A stretch of 49,901 nt of DNA from Conidiobolus incongruus B7586 (taxonomy: Eukaryota). Where the stretch lies: positions 1 through 49,901 of the forward strand of contig JNEM01013615.1 of assembly GCA_000697335.1 (NCBI GenBank), read 5' to 3'. The translations under genes and the position numbers were made by a program. Of this stretch, positions 11,562-24,700 are shown one piece after another. Numbering within the stretch: position 1 is the first letter of the stretch; every line of letters starts with the position of its first letter. The notes beneath the pieces are model-generated. The model saw only the letters and a program-made list of their open reading frames with translations, was not told the origin of the DNA and did no database searches.

Positions 11562-12747
11562 ATATTAAAGTATAATTACAATATTCCATATATAAACTTA
11601 TTACTATATAATATTAGTTGATTTAAATAATACCAACAACTAAATAAAGCCTTGTTAATGTTTACTTTTTTGAGAAATTATGTAAAAAACAAATTATAAC
11701 CATGCAGCGAACAGAAAGATATACTATAAATAACTTCAGAAATATATATTAACAAGACTTGAAAACTCATTTGAACACAATGCAAATATTATAAAATTTG
11801 GTCACTTGTAATATACTATCATTTTAAATATGTAGAGTTGAATATTTTATCAGGGAAAATATTCATGGTTAATGAGAAAAAGATTGAAATAGTTTAATAT
11901 TAATTTAAATTCAATTAAGTATACTCAAGAATATGATGTATAACAACTAGAGCTCATGAAATACAATAAAATATTTTATATTATATATTTCTGAATATAA
12001 ATAATTGCTCAAATTAGCAATTGGTATTTATTAATTTGGAGGTCAAATTATATTTAATCAATCTAATCTGTGCTATTATTCTATTTAATTAAATAGAATA
12101 TAATAACTGATTGAATATAAATCAATTTAATAAGGTTCGATTTGTATTACTTGATATACTTACAACGTATACATTCAAAGCATCTCACAGAGATATTAAT
12201 AATATTTACACTAGTACTTGAAGTACACCAATCATCGACTATTTCTTTGTAAAACTGTAATATTAGTCTATTTATTGTCCCATTACATTTGTCATTTTGA
12301 ATTGATGTGATGAACTTTGAATTGACTTGTATTTCTGAGCTATTAATGAACAATTGGATTTAATTGGATTGAGTGCATTCTATGACGAATAAAATTAAAT
12401 ATTCAAAAAATGACGTTAAGTTGATGAAAATGAACTGTGAACATTAACTCAATATTTGAGGTGAGAAAATTCATATTTTAATTTACTTGTTTATTGAAAT
12501 TACAATTTAATATTCAGGTGAATTCAGTAATAGTACATAATATTTTTTATTCCTAACTTTTACTATACATCTCTTTTCGATTCATTGATAATCTTAACTT
12601 TTATATCTTAGTTATCAACTACAAGTTAGGTAATAAATTACCATTATCTTAACTCTTACATATATTATATATTTAATATTGTTTGTGACTTAATATCCAA
12701 TGATTCAATAACTGATTATTTCTAATTGATACATAGGTTAATTCACA

Positions 12748-14892
12748 ATGAAATTCGGAACCACCTTGAAAGAAACTCTCTATCCAGAATGGAAATATTA
12801 CTATATTGATTATGATGGTCTAAAGAACTTGATTAAGGGGCCTGAAGAAGATTTCACGGAAAAGAATGAAGTCAACTTTGTTGAATTTTTGGAAAAGGAA
12901 TTGGATAAGGTTGCCTCTTTTCAAACTATCAAGTTAGGCGAAATTAATCGTCGTATTCAACACTGTCAAAATAATGTTGAAGCTTTGGCTAAAAATCCAT
13001 CAGCCTCTGGTGATGATTATTACGAAGTTGAACAAGAGATCAATTCAGTTATTCCCCAAGTTAATGAACTTGCAAAGTTCAGTCGCTTGAACTACACTGG
13101 TTTCATTAAAATTATCAAGAAACATGATAAATATACTCGTTACACTCTTCGCCCCATGTTTATGGTTAGAATCAACTCCAAATCTGTGTTTAAAGAAAAT
13201 TTCGACAATTTACTCTTACAGCTCTCTCGTTTATATGATATCGTCCGTAACCGTGGTGTTGCTAATATTGCTAGTGGCCCTTACTCTCCTGAAGGTGCCT
13301 CAAGCACTACTCGTCGCACTATTAAATACTGGGTCCACCCTGACAATGTAATGGAACTTAAGCTTTATGTTCTCAAATATTTGCCAGTCTTAGTTTATGA
13401 TTCTAACAATAGTAGCAATGGATCTGTCGAGCCTCGTATTAGTACAGTGTATTATGATACCCAGAACTTTGACTTATACAATGATCGCGTCGAAAAGAAA
13501 GAAAATTCTAGCATCATTCGTTTTAGATGGTACGGTGATGAAGATTCTAACGAAATTTTCGTTGAACGTAAAATCCATCGTGAAGATTGGATGGGAGAAT
13601 CTAACACTAAAGAACGCTTCATGGTCAAGCATAAATATATTAATGACTTTTTCCATGGTAAAAATGTATTGGATCATGTTTTCCAAAAGCAGAGAAACCA
13701 ACCTGGTGCCAATTTGGAATTGATCGATAAAAACGAACAGTTTACTAAAGAAGTTCAGTTGGCTATTACTGAGCGTCAATTAAAGCCCATCCTCCGTACT
13801 TTTTACAACCGCACTACTTTCCAATTACCTGGTGACTCCACTGTCACAATTTCTTTGGATACTGAAGTTGCTATGATCCGTGAAGATAACTTTGATGAAA
13901 TTCGCTCAGGTGATAACTGGCGTCGTTCCCAAGTAGGAACTAAATATCCTTTCACTAACTTGAAAGATCACGATGTGTCTCTCTTCCCATTTGCTGTTTT
14001 GGAAGTCAAGCTCGAACTTGCTTCCGGAATTGCTACTCCCAGATGGGTTGATCATCTAATTAATTCCCACTTAGTAGAGCCAGTTCCCAACTTTTCCAAG
14101 TATATCCATGGTGTTGCCACTCTTCTCGATAACCGTGTTTCTCTTTTACCCTTCTGGCTTCCTCAAATTGAAAAGAACATTAAGCGTCCTCCTTCTCGTA
14201 ACTTCAACCTCACTACTCCTCTTTCCCGCTCTCAAGAAGGTAGCTCTTTCTACGCTAGCTCCCACAGCTTAAGCACTGGAAGTCTCGATAGTCAAGCTAA
14301 TGAAACTCGTATTGATATCGACGGTCCTAGGAATAGATATGCTAAATCAAAACCAACGGATGAGAGATCACCTTTAATCAGTCGCTCTAATGGATCTACT
14401 TCATATGGCCAACAGCCTAGCACTTCTAAAACTACTGCCCAACCCACTTCGAGCAATCCCTTCAAATTTATCTTTGGCTCTAGCCAAGCTCCCAGCACCC
14501 CTACTGCCCAAACTCGTACTCCCAAGAAGAGAATTGCTTTACCTGTTCGTGTCGAACCTAAAGTATTCTTTGCAAACGAGCGTACATTCTTATCATGGTT
14601 GAATTTCACTTTACTCTTAGGATCTCTCGCCTTAGGTTTATTGAATTTTGGTGATCGAGTTGGACAGATTTCAGGATTGATTTTCACATTAATTTCCATT
14701 TTCGTCATGGTCTATTCTCTCTATATCTATCAATGGAGAGCTGAAATGATCCGTAACAGGGAAGGAGGACCCTATGACGACCGTGTTGGTCCAATTGTTT
14801 TAGTAGCAGTTATTTTCACCGCTGTCATCATCAATTTCTGGCTTCGATTTAGTCAAATTGCTGGTGAAATTCCCTCTGGCAAATTATTTTAA
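12748..14892 (+). CDS. VTC4: Vacuolar transporter chaperone 4, polyphosphate polymerase (SPX + VTC/TTM + 3-TM DUF202)
   Basis: SPX start MKFG...[14 protein letters not shown] and [18 protein letters not shown] motifs TIKYWVH, IRFRWYG, FVERKIH, AVLEVKL, FSKYIHG; C-terminal [18 protein letters not shown] with three hydrophobic helices. Confidence 0.96.
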   Translation: MKFGTTLKETLYPEWKYYYIDYDGLKNLIKGPEEDFTEKNEVNFVEFLEKELDKVASFQTIKLGEINRRIQHCQNNVEALAKNPSASGDDYYEVEQEINSVIPQVNELAKFSRLNYTGFIKIIKKHDKYTRYTLRPMFMVRINSKSVFKENFDNLLLQLSRLYDIVRNRGVANIASGPYSPEGASSTTRRTIKYWVHPDNVMELKLYVLKYLPVLVYDSNNSSNGSVEPRISTVYYDTQNFDLYNDRVEKKENSSIIRFRWYGDEDSNEIFVERKIHREDWMGESNTKERFMVKHKYINDFFHGKNVLDHVFQKQRNQPGANLELIDKNEQFTKEVQLAITERQLKPILRTFYNRTTFQLPGDSTVTISLDTEVAMIREDNFDEIRSGDNWRRSQVGTKYPFTNLKDHDVSLFPFAVLEVKLELASGIATPRWVDHLINSHLVEPVPNFSKYIHGVATLLDNRVSLLPFWLPQIEKNIKRPPSRNFNLTTPLSRSQEGSSFYASSHSLSTGSLDSQANETRIDIDGPRNRYAKSKPTDERSPLISRSNGSTSYGQQPSTSKTTAQPTSSNPFKFIFGSSQAPSTPTAQTRTPKKRIALPVRVEPKVFFANERTFLSWLNFTLLLGSLALGLLNFGDRVGQISGLIFTLISIFVMVYSLYIYQWRAEMIRNREGGPYDDRVGPIVLVAVIFTAVIINFWLRFSQIAGEIPSGKLF

Positions 14893-17800
14893 AATCTTTT
14901 CACTTGACTTGGTCTTCATCTAATCAATATTGTCTATCATTAAATATCAACTAACTAATAATTGAGTTGTTTTCAACTCCATTTCTTTGTTCTTCTCACC
15001 ACTTTCAAATCTTCCCAAATTTTAGAGTTTGATTAATGATCTCACTTTTATGATTTACATTAATCACTAAATAAATATCCTAATTATAAAAAATCATCAA
15101 ATTTTTTGAAATATTTAAATATATAACCAAATTCATCAATGATCCAATCGATCATATCTCTACATTTTAGAATTTTATATATCAATAAATTTATTCAATA
15201 TTTTTTAACTTATCAAATTATTTCATTTGATATTTGATTCATTTGTAATTGTTGCAATGTACTTTAATTTACTTAATAATTATATATTATTATAAGTTTT
15301 TTATTATATAATATATGTAATATCTTATTATCTTTTTTAAAAGTATCTATTCAATATATTGAATGCACTTTGCTATTATTAATAAAAATATATTCTTATA
15401 TTATTTTTACAATATTTGTTTAAATTAATTATTATTTTTTTAAGTTGCTAAATCAAACACCAAAGTATTATAAAATTATTTTAAAATCTCTTAATTGTTA
15501 TATTAATAAATATTAAATTTAATATATTTTTTATATGTTTTTCTAACTTAATAACCATAATAAATCAATATATAATAATAATAATAATAATTTGTCAGTT
15601 TGATTAAAAAGTGATAAAATCTAATATGAATCAAAATTGGTCATTATTAACAAAATTTTAAATAATTTAATAATTATATTAAAATTAATAATAAATTAAA
15701 TTATCATAATATTAAGTTATTCTATTGGATTGAAAAAAATGATATATATTTTATATATAATTTTAAAAGTATTAGTTTTTAATAAAAGTACTAAATATTA
15801 ATATTATTCAAAAATAAACTTTTTTAATTGTTATATATTTTATATAATTTTATATGAATAATAAAAATAATTATGTTTTTATATTCACCAATATATATTA
15901 GGTATATAAAAATATAAGTAATGTTATATATATTTATAAATAATATAAATTTAAGGCCTGAGTTTTTTCTTTATATTATTTTTAAAAAAATTTTATTATT
16001 AATTCTTAATATTATTAAAAATAATTATAAAGTGAATTAAATCATATTTTTTGAAATAAATAGTTATAATTAAGCTAGTTTATTAATTATATAATAGTTC
16101 AAATCAACATATTAATTTATTAATTTTAAAAGACTTATTATCTATAATATTATATATAAATAAATATTAAAAATATATTTTTATAATATAATCAAATTAT
16201 AATTATACTTGTAATATAAAAAATTTAATAAACTTTTAAAATATGAATGATTAGTTCAAATATATAAAAAAAATTTTAATGTTTTAAGTAATTTACAACC
16301 AAATAGTTGGTTATTTGTTTTTTAATATAAAATATCATATTTTGTCATTTTTAATATAATTGTAAGGAATTAAATCAAAGTTTAGAATTAGGAATCAACT
16401 TAAATAATTAATTAATAAACAAATTAGAATTCAATTAGAGATTAATCTTGGTTTTAAAATACCTTATATTTGCAATATATTAGAATTTATTTCATATATG
16501 TCATATATTACTCTTGATAAAAAGAGACTCAAAAAAGTAAATATCAAAGAATATACCTAGTTACTTATTACTTGTCCTTGAAATTACTTGTTTACACAAA
16601 GTATTTTTATAAAACATGTTATAATAATCTTTTTAATATTTTCATTTTATTACTTTATTTAAAAGAAGAAAAGAATATAATTCCCATAGTCCTTCAAACA
16701 AATTCAGTTATTGTGGAGTTTATATATATTTATTTTTGAGTTATAGATGTTTTATTTTATATTTATCAAGAAAAATTCATTAAATTTGATTATAATGCAT
16801 ATATTGACATTATGATATAATCATTTAAAGTTTCCTTTGTCAAATCATAATGTTCGCACTTTCTATGAGAATTATAAGTTATATATATATATGTTTTTTG
16901 GAAAATAAATGAAAGAGATTGAATATATATTAATAATATCTGCTATTAGAGGTAATAATAATGTTAAAAAATGATTCCTTTGTATATTGATTTTAATAAG
17001 ATTTGAAAATCATATAATTAGTAGTTTAGTTTTAATCTAATTTAACAGATAATTTTATGCTCTAACAACTTTTTTCTAAGCTTTTAAGTTTAATATTGAT
17101 AGTTTTTATTCTGGTTTAAAGATCGTTTTGTATCATATTTTATTTTTGCATGTTTGATGTTGTTTTCTCCTTGACTAAAGTGTTATTTGATATCAGATAC
17201 TAAGCAAAACCTGAATCCATTCGGAGTTTACATAGTTCTAACTTTTCCAGCTCCATCCCAATACTTAAGAATTCTCTATAAAATTCTAACTTATTCTCAT
17301 ATTTTGGAAACAGAAAAATGGTTAGAGTTGTTAATAATTGACTAAAGATGACAATAGCCTACTTAGTACTGTATGGTTTGAAGCGAAATATTATTGTAAA
17401 ATGCCATCCAAATATCCGTGCTGCAAATGATACTTTACTTGGGCGTTGATTAAATATTGATATGCATGCTGAGAACAAGTGGAAATTCTGAGAACAGTTA
17501 AGAAACAATCAACTATAGTCCATTATGGATACCATAATCAAATTTAAACTTGATTATAATATTTTATCACATAATTATAAATTCTAGATGACCCTGGTAA
17601 TATTTTTATGGTATTATACGAAATTAATTGCTATAAAGAGGATGACTAAATATATATTAATTTTAAATTTGATAATAACGATTTAAATACTGAATTTTGG
17701 AATTTGAATGTAACCAAAAGAGATAATAACCAAAATATTGCTATAACAAATAAAATTAAATAATCTGATAAAAATTATGATGCTAGATGAGATAATCAAA

Positions 17801-19109
17801 GTTCTTCCGTAATGAATCCTGTATTGATTTCATATCCAAGTTGATAATTAATGATATTTTAATTTTATTAATACAGGATTGACGATATTTTTTGAAAATA
17901 CATCAAACAACTTTTTAATATTTGTAACGAAAATTAGACGCCAAGTCATAATTATCACATTCGAATTTATATTGTCCCAAATATTTTCAAATTAAATTTA
18001 TTAATCAATTAAAATTATGTTTGTTAAAAGCCAAAATAAATTAAAAAACAATTAAGACCAAACATTCCATTTTTGTTCAAAAAGTATATTTTGAAATTCA
18101 TTCTAAGCTGTAAGTTTTTGTTGAGTAATACTAAATTATAGCGAAATACAAATTTTTTCAAAAATAACATGAGGCATATAGACAATGATTAAAGCGAGCT
18201 TTAATTCAAAGGGTTAATATTAGATTGTGAACATAATAGTAATGATGTGAATATTCGAATCCATCTTTTGCTATTATTCCAAAAACTAAAATCAACTTAT
18301 CAAATGACCATAATTTTATGATCAACCACATCTAATTGGCTCTCAAGACCAAACAAAAACAATGGAATTTCTGCATTAAGATATTAAGAAATATTTACTT
18401 GCATTTGGATTGAATTAATTGGCATTGATATTAAAATATGAAGCAATAATAAATTTAATAACTCTACCCAGTATACTAATATCAAGAATATCAGTGATGT
18501 GGAATATATTTCGATATTTTATTTCATAGTATTTGTATTAAACTTGAACTAATAACTATCAATTGCAAAGCACTATTGATGATCACAAGCTTTTTTCACA
18601 TTAAAATGATTCTAAATATAGGATTAATAAAAACAATTCAAAGATTCAATTTAGCATGTCAGAATTTTCGATGTCTTATAGAGTTAATAATTTATAGGAT
18701 GAGTCAGATTAAAGTTGTTCTTTTATGATTTGGATAGAGAATACTACCAAAAAATAAATCATATTAACTATATATTCTCAGATTTTCATTTATTTACTTT
18801 TTAATTAAGATCTTACCTAAAAATTATACTAGCATTTTGACTAAATTAGTCCTACAGAATACCTTATTAAGTAATAGGGGGACTAATCAAAATCATTCCT
18901 CAATATTGAAATAACAATAATATCTGGCAATCATGATTTCATTATCACTTATTGTTTCTTGTATTAAATTATCAATTGCATACTGTTTGTAAAGATATTA
19001 ATATATATATATATAGATATAAGCGAATTAATATAATTTAAAATTTTCATATTAATTAATTAAATATTACTTTATTAATATTGTTAAAGATTTACAATAT
19101 TAGTTCAAA

Positions 19110-21899
19110 ATGACTGCTTTTGATAAATCCGAAAGCAGTGAAATTAACAATAATAAACTAGAAAGTACTAGTTTAAAACAGTCTACATGCTCTACTGACT
19201 TCAAAGAATCGAAACAAACCCTCTCTAGCTCTCCTGTCGAATCTCATGAAATTAAACCACCAGTTCATCCTAAAGATGAATTTACACCTTCACCAAAATC
19301 TCTTACTAAGCCTGCATTACCAAGAAAAAGTTCCAAAAGGTCACCACCACAGTTACCTAGAAGAAGAAATTCGGTAAAGTCTGATAACTCGCCAGAAGGG
19401 AAAATAAAATCAATTGATGAAGACAAAGAAGACCAAACCATTCCAATAACTTCCCAAAATCCCGAAACCTATCCTTCTATTATATCAACAACGCAAGATC
19501 TGCCAGTTTTACAAGAGATTCCTAGCAATATTTCGAATCATAGCTTAGCTACTACTTTAAATAATTTGTCAGTTCCAGAAACAAATGCAAGAAAGAGTTT
19601 AGATTCTCTATACACTTCTACCAAATTTTCTCCTGAATTCATAGCCCAATTAAGTCAGTTGGAGGTACTTTTTATCATTTTATAATTAATTAATAGCATT
19701 AACCAAATTAAATATTAGTGTGGAGCTGATCCTATACTAGACCGCAACAAATTAAGTATCAATACTATAAAAATTATATCTAGATTTTTAAAAAAGAAAG
19801 CGGCATTGGAAGAAGAATACGCTCGTAGTATCTCTAAAGCAGTACAATCAACAATTAAAGAAATGGAACGCGAAGAAATTTATAATGGATCATTTACTAT
19901 TGGATTTAAAAAATTTTTAGATTTTCACGAATCAGTTGCTAAAAATAGACTGAAATTTGCATTAGATATGAATCATATAGCTGATGAATTGAATAATATT
20001 TCGAGGGATAAAGAACGAACTCGAAAAGCTTTGAAAGATCAGCAAGTTCGAGATCACAAAAAGTTGGTGGATTCGGAAATTGGGCTAGAGAAAAGTTTTA
20101 ATAGATATATCAACACAAGTGATGCTTGGGATCAGAGTGTAGTTTTGAAATATAATGGAGGCAGAGTGTCTCCTGATGGCGCAATTCCTACTCTGTTGAA
20201 CCACGTTCCTAAACAGGTTGCTACTACTTTAGGATTGTTCAATAAACCTAAAACAATGGAACAGTTGGTTAAACAGGAGGAGGAGTGTAAAGCTCGTGCT
20301 ATGATTAGTAAGGATCAGTATAGTATTCAATTATTTCATGTCAATTCTGTTAAAAAAGAGTACTATAACAAGGTATTACCTGCATTGATTAGGGTATGTT
20401 ATATTCATTTATTTTATTAAATATTTATTAAATATTTTGATTTATAGGATAGTTTAGATAATATTAATCAATGTGACTACTGGACTCAATTTTATCTCTC
20501 AACCTATAGTTATAACTACCAATTATTAATTCAACAAGAATCTAAAATAATATGTCCATTTGGAGATGGTAATTATTTTCTTTTATATATTCGTTGCATT
20601 TATTGAATAGAAAATTTCAATTAGATATAGGATTGGATGGTGCAATTGAAATGATTCAACCGATTGAAGAAACTCAAAATTTCTTAAATTCATTATCAGT
20701 TAAATATAAAACTGTCAATCTTGACCCCATTCCAATGCATGAATATCAACATGTAAGATGATATCATTACAAACAAACTATAATTTGACGGTTTTTCAAA
20801 TGTATAGTCTGAAGCTGCATTAAATGCAATGAGCTCGAAAGCTATTTTCGGTATAGACTTGAGAGGTCAACTCGCCAGAGATCGTGTAAAAATACCTATA
20901 ATTATAATGAAGTGTGCTGAATTTATTGAAAAACATGGTATTTATTTAATAGGTTACAAACAAAGTTTATTATTGACATTTGATAATATTAGGTATCGAA
21001 TTTGAAGGAATTTATAGAGTTTCAGGTGCTTCAACTAAAATCCAAAAGTTGAAAAGTTTATTTGACCATGGTATTATATTAAAATCATTTAATTATATTT
21101 AATGACTAATGATATTTTAGATGCGTCTAAAGTGGATCTAGAAAAGATAGATTATGCTTACGATGTAGCCAACGTCGCAGGCGTTTTAAAGCTATATTTG
21201 CGAGAATTACCAGAACCTCTCATTCCCAGTTCCATTTTGGAACAGTTTATTCCACTAATGCCAATTGAAGGAGATGATCCTCCTCAATTGAAAAAATTCC
21301 AAACTTTATTGATACAATTGCCTACTTATGCTTACGATACCGTCAAATATTTAATTTTGCATTTAACAAAGTAATATCAATATTTCAGTGTATATAAATA
21401 TAAGTATTAATAATATTTTAGGGTAATGGCTCATAGTGATAAGAATAAAATGACAGCAAGCAATTTAGCGATCGTATTTGGACCCACTTTATTTTCACCA
21501 CCATGCCAAGACAAAGCCGATGCAGTCCACAATATGACAAGTCAATGCCAAGCAACTCTTATCATGCTCAAATACAGCGAAAAATTATTTGTTAAATCTC
21601 CTCCATTACCAGAAAGAGCTATACCAGATCATCTCGGTAAATTAAAGTACCAATCTTTTGATGAGCAGAATACGAGCGGGCTTAAAATTGAGCCCAATTT
21701 GAACTTTATCTTGGAAGATAAAGAGCTTAGAGAACCTATTCAAAGCCCTCAGCATGAGGAGATTCCAATAGCGATGGGAGGCCCTATTTTACCCAATACC
21801 TTAGACAATCTTGAGAAAATAAGCTTAGACTTACCCTCTCAATCTAATGAATCAGTGCAAGATAGTGAAAATAGAAATAATATTGTGACAGGTTCGTAG
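19110..21899 (+). CDS. F-BAR + RhoGAP protein (Rgd1/Rga7-like); 8 exons
   Basis: Pro/Ser-rich N-terminus; F-BAR-type FLKKKAALEEEY and FHESVAKNRLKFA; RhoGAP IFGIDL...IPIIIMKCAEFIEKHGIEFEGIYRVSG (arginine finger), VAGVLKLYLRELPEPLI, NKMTASNLAIVFGPTL. GT-AG introns include 19665-19718, 20394-20447, 20569-20624, 21371-21421. Confidence 0.9.
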
Positions 21900-22641
21900 T
21901 ACCCAATGTTTTAATGCATCAAATAGCCAAACATAATATATAATTTTCATTTTATATCATTTTTGAATTCTTACATGTAAAAAATAAATCAAATCTATTT
22001 AGATATTATATTTTGAGGTAACCATCTATAATATAGTTATTTATGAATTTAAAATTCTACATCGAATGAATTCATGTTTTAATATGAATAATATAAATTG
22101 GAATGATCAAACAATATTTGCAAAACTAACACAATTTTAATCTTTAAATAGCGAGTTATCTTTAATTTTAATCCATCAAATTCAAATATGCATGCTTGGC
22201 CAAATATATATGAATTTTCATTTCAAAAAATCACAATTGCAAAACCATCATATACAAATAACCCAATTATTTAACTAATGCCAAGTTTTGATGTATTTTT
22301 AATTTTTAAACAAATAATTTTTTAAGTAATATATTGTTAATATATTATCTTTATATTATTTAATTAGAATAATAAATAAATTTTCAAAAAAAAACTTAAA
22401 TTATTTAATATCTATATTAATTTATTTTTCAGATTTATATTATTTTCTATACAATTCCAATTTCATTTTTAAATAATTAAATTTTAAAGGTAACAGTCTA
22501 AATTTTTTAGTAGAACAATTTTTCAGTAATTTGATTGAAATTAAAAAGCCAAGATTTTTTATATTTATCTCTAATATTATTAATAAAATGTATAAATATA
22601 ACGAAGATATTCAAATTAAATCAAAATCATATTATTAAATC

Positions 22642-23322
22642 ATGAATTTGAAATTTTTTACTCAACTATATTTTTATTTTTTATTCAATCTTGTTTTATG
22701 TCAAAATAATAGTTCTAATTCAACAACAATTACTGAGAGTAATACTCAGCCAAGTTCAATCTCATCACCTGATAATAGTAATAAAAATGATAATAACAAT
22801 ATTAATAATTCTACTGATTCTAATTCATCGTCATCGTCTGATTCACAAGGGTTACTAACTTTAGTATCACCTCAGAGGACACAATACGCTCCAATTATGA
22901 TAGCAATAGGTTCTACTGTAAATTTCACATGGCAATACCAAGTCAAACCAACAGTACCAGTGACAGGATTCAGCATCATAGCCATTCGAACAACGCCTGC
23001 TATTGTCATTTACCCCATTGCTTCCAACTTGTCAGCTGATACATTTTCATACTCGTGGAATACCCAAGACTACAATAATAATCCCAATAATACCAATACC
23101 TTGATTCAGGATAATAACTATCAGCTATATATTTTTAACTCGAATCATACATATAATTATCCTGCTGGGTTTGGCGAGTTGGCGCCCTTCATCACCCAGA
23201 TGGCACTTTATAATAGTGTGACGCCTTCTACTCGGTTTAACTTTAACTTTGGTTTGAAATCTAACAGTTGTCAGTTGATAGTTGTGAATTTTTTGATAAT
23301 GTTGGTGATTGTATTAAATTAA
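22642..23322 (+). CDS. Secreted/GPI-type cell-surface protein (signal peptide, N/S/T-rich linker, beta-rich domain resembling fungal DUF7137, hydrophobic C-terminus); paralog of 45526-46209
   Basis: Hydrophobic N- and C-termini; shares LV(S/T)PQRTxxAPIxIAIGSTV, GFSIIAIR, IYPIAxNLSAxTFSYSWNT and FGEL with 45526-46209. Family name is recalled similarity, not a search result. Confidence 0.8.
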   Translation: MNLKFFTQLYFYFLFNLVLCQNNSSNSTTITESNTQPSSISSPDNSNKNDNNNINNSTDSNSSSSSDSQGLLTLVSPQRTQYAPIMIAIGSTVNFTWQYQVKPTVPVTGFSIIAIRTTPAIVIYPIASNLSADTFSYSWNTQDYNNNPNNTNTLIQDNNYQLYIFNSNHTYNYPAGFGELAPFITQMALYNSVTPSTRFNFNFGLKSNSCQLIVVNFLIMLVIVLN

Positions 23323-23534
23323 TATTTATACTGATTTTGAATAAACTAATATTATAATTGATAAAATATCTAGTCAGATTTAATAATATATATTCTAAAA
23401 AACAATTCAATCAAAAAATAGTAAAAAGTAATATTTAGTAATGATATTAATAAGTATATTCGATTAAATTATGACTTTTACATACTAAAATGGATTGATC
23501 TATTATTCTTTTATATCTATAATCAAAAACTATT

Positions 23535-24291
23535 TTAAATAAGAGTATCTTCAATACGCAAGTATTCACCAATATCACTTTGATGGAAAGCGATAATACT
23601 GTTAGGGTCCATCTTTTTGATATCGTTACTAGATTTTGCTAATACACCAAATCCCTATTAAATACATATTAGTTAAATATAATGTTATATATATCATTAA
23701 AAAATTACCAATGGAGTATCACTCATAGAAAATATGACAACACCTTGATGCTCTGGAGTATCGTCTGTAATCCTACCCAAATGGGCTTTGACTACGTGGT
23801 TACCATATAAGAATGGCATTTCACCATTGGGTTTAATCCAAAGTTTAAACTAATAGAACAATTAGTAATTAATAACTATAAAGCATATTCATTTAATTAC
23901 CATAGCATATTTAGCCAAGTAATCCAAACAAGTAATTTGTAATCTAAATTTTCTAGTTTTTGTGAATTTACCAAAGCATACCCCCACAGATAATAAATTA
24001 TCTCTATTCACATTTAAAGATTGTTTCATAACTGCTTCACTATAAGTAATTATCAATTATTATGTCCTATATATAATTTATATAGATATTTTACCTCATA
24101 TAATAAACTCTATCGTTATGTAATCTAAAACAGTATGGTTCATCGGGTCTATCAACCAATTGAACTAAATTTTTACCAATACTAAATATAAAATTAATTA
24201 CATTATATAATATAAAAATATTTGATAATACATACTAAGTGGATAACTTTTGAAAAAATGTTTTGGTTTCTTCTTCTGTTAATGGTCTCAT
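23535..24291 (-). CDS. NIP7: 60S ribosome biogenesis protein Nip7 (PUA domain); 5 exons (24236-24291, 24095-24181, 23901-24039, 23709-23849, 23535-23654)
   Basis: Spliced translation [24 protein letters not shown]...[13 protein letters not shown]...[22 protein letters not shown]...[35 protein letters not shown]...[17 protein letters not shown]. Confidence 0.95.
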
Positions 24292-24617
24292 TGTTTTATT
24301 TGTATATTTTTAATTATTAAAAAAATAATTTTTCTGATTTAGATATATTTATGGATTTGAATTGAATAAATTGAAATTGTGGGATTAATCCATTCCATTT
24401 ATATATTTATATATATTCATATGTAATTTAATTTCATAACAAAATACATTTATTTATTTTAATGTAATTTTTGAATTATTTCATTATGTCCACAATTCGT
24501 ATCAATATACATAACGAATATTAGTTAAAAAAATATATTGAATTAAACAAAGCTAGAGTTGATATATTTTTGACTAATTAGATGGGTGCTTTGGAATATA
24601 CTTAGAAAAAAGATTAA

Positions 24618-24700
24618 TGACAACGATGAGATTCGAACTCATGCCTCTTACGAGACCGCAACTTGAGTGCGGCGCCTTAGACCAACTCGGCCACATTGCC
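24618..24700 (-). tRNA. tRNA-Leu(CAA), no intron
   Basis: Minus strand GGCAATGTGGCCGAGTTGGTCTAAGGCGCCGCACTCAAGTTGCGGTCTCGTAAGAGGCATGAGTTCGAATCTCATCGTTGTCA; long variable arm, loop CT-CAA-GT, discriminator A. Confidence 0.96.

Noticed and set aside
12147..12353. 68-aa ORF ending in a CxxCxxC-like motif
   Set aside because: Non-ATG start, no supportable splice partners or family; may be a relic but cannot be called.
13124..14708. Short ORFs overlapping VTC4
   Set aside because: Shadow frames of a codon-biased CDS.
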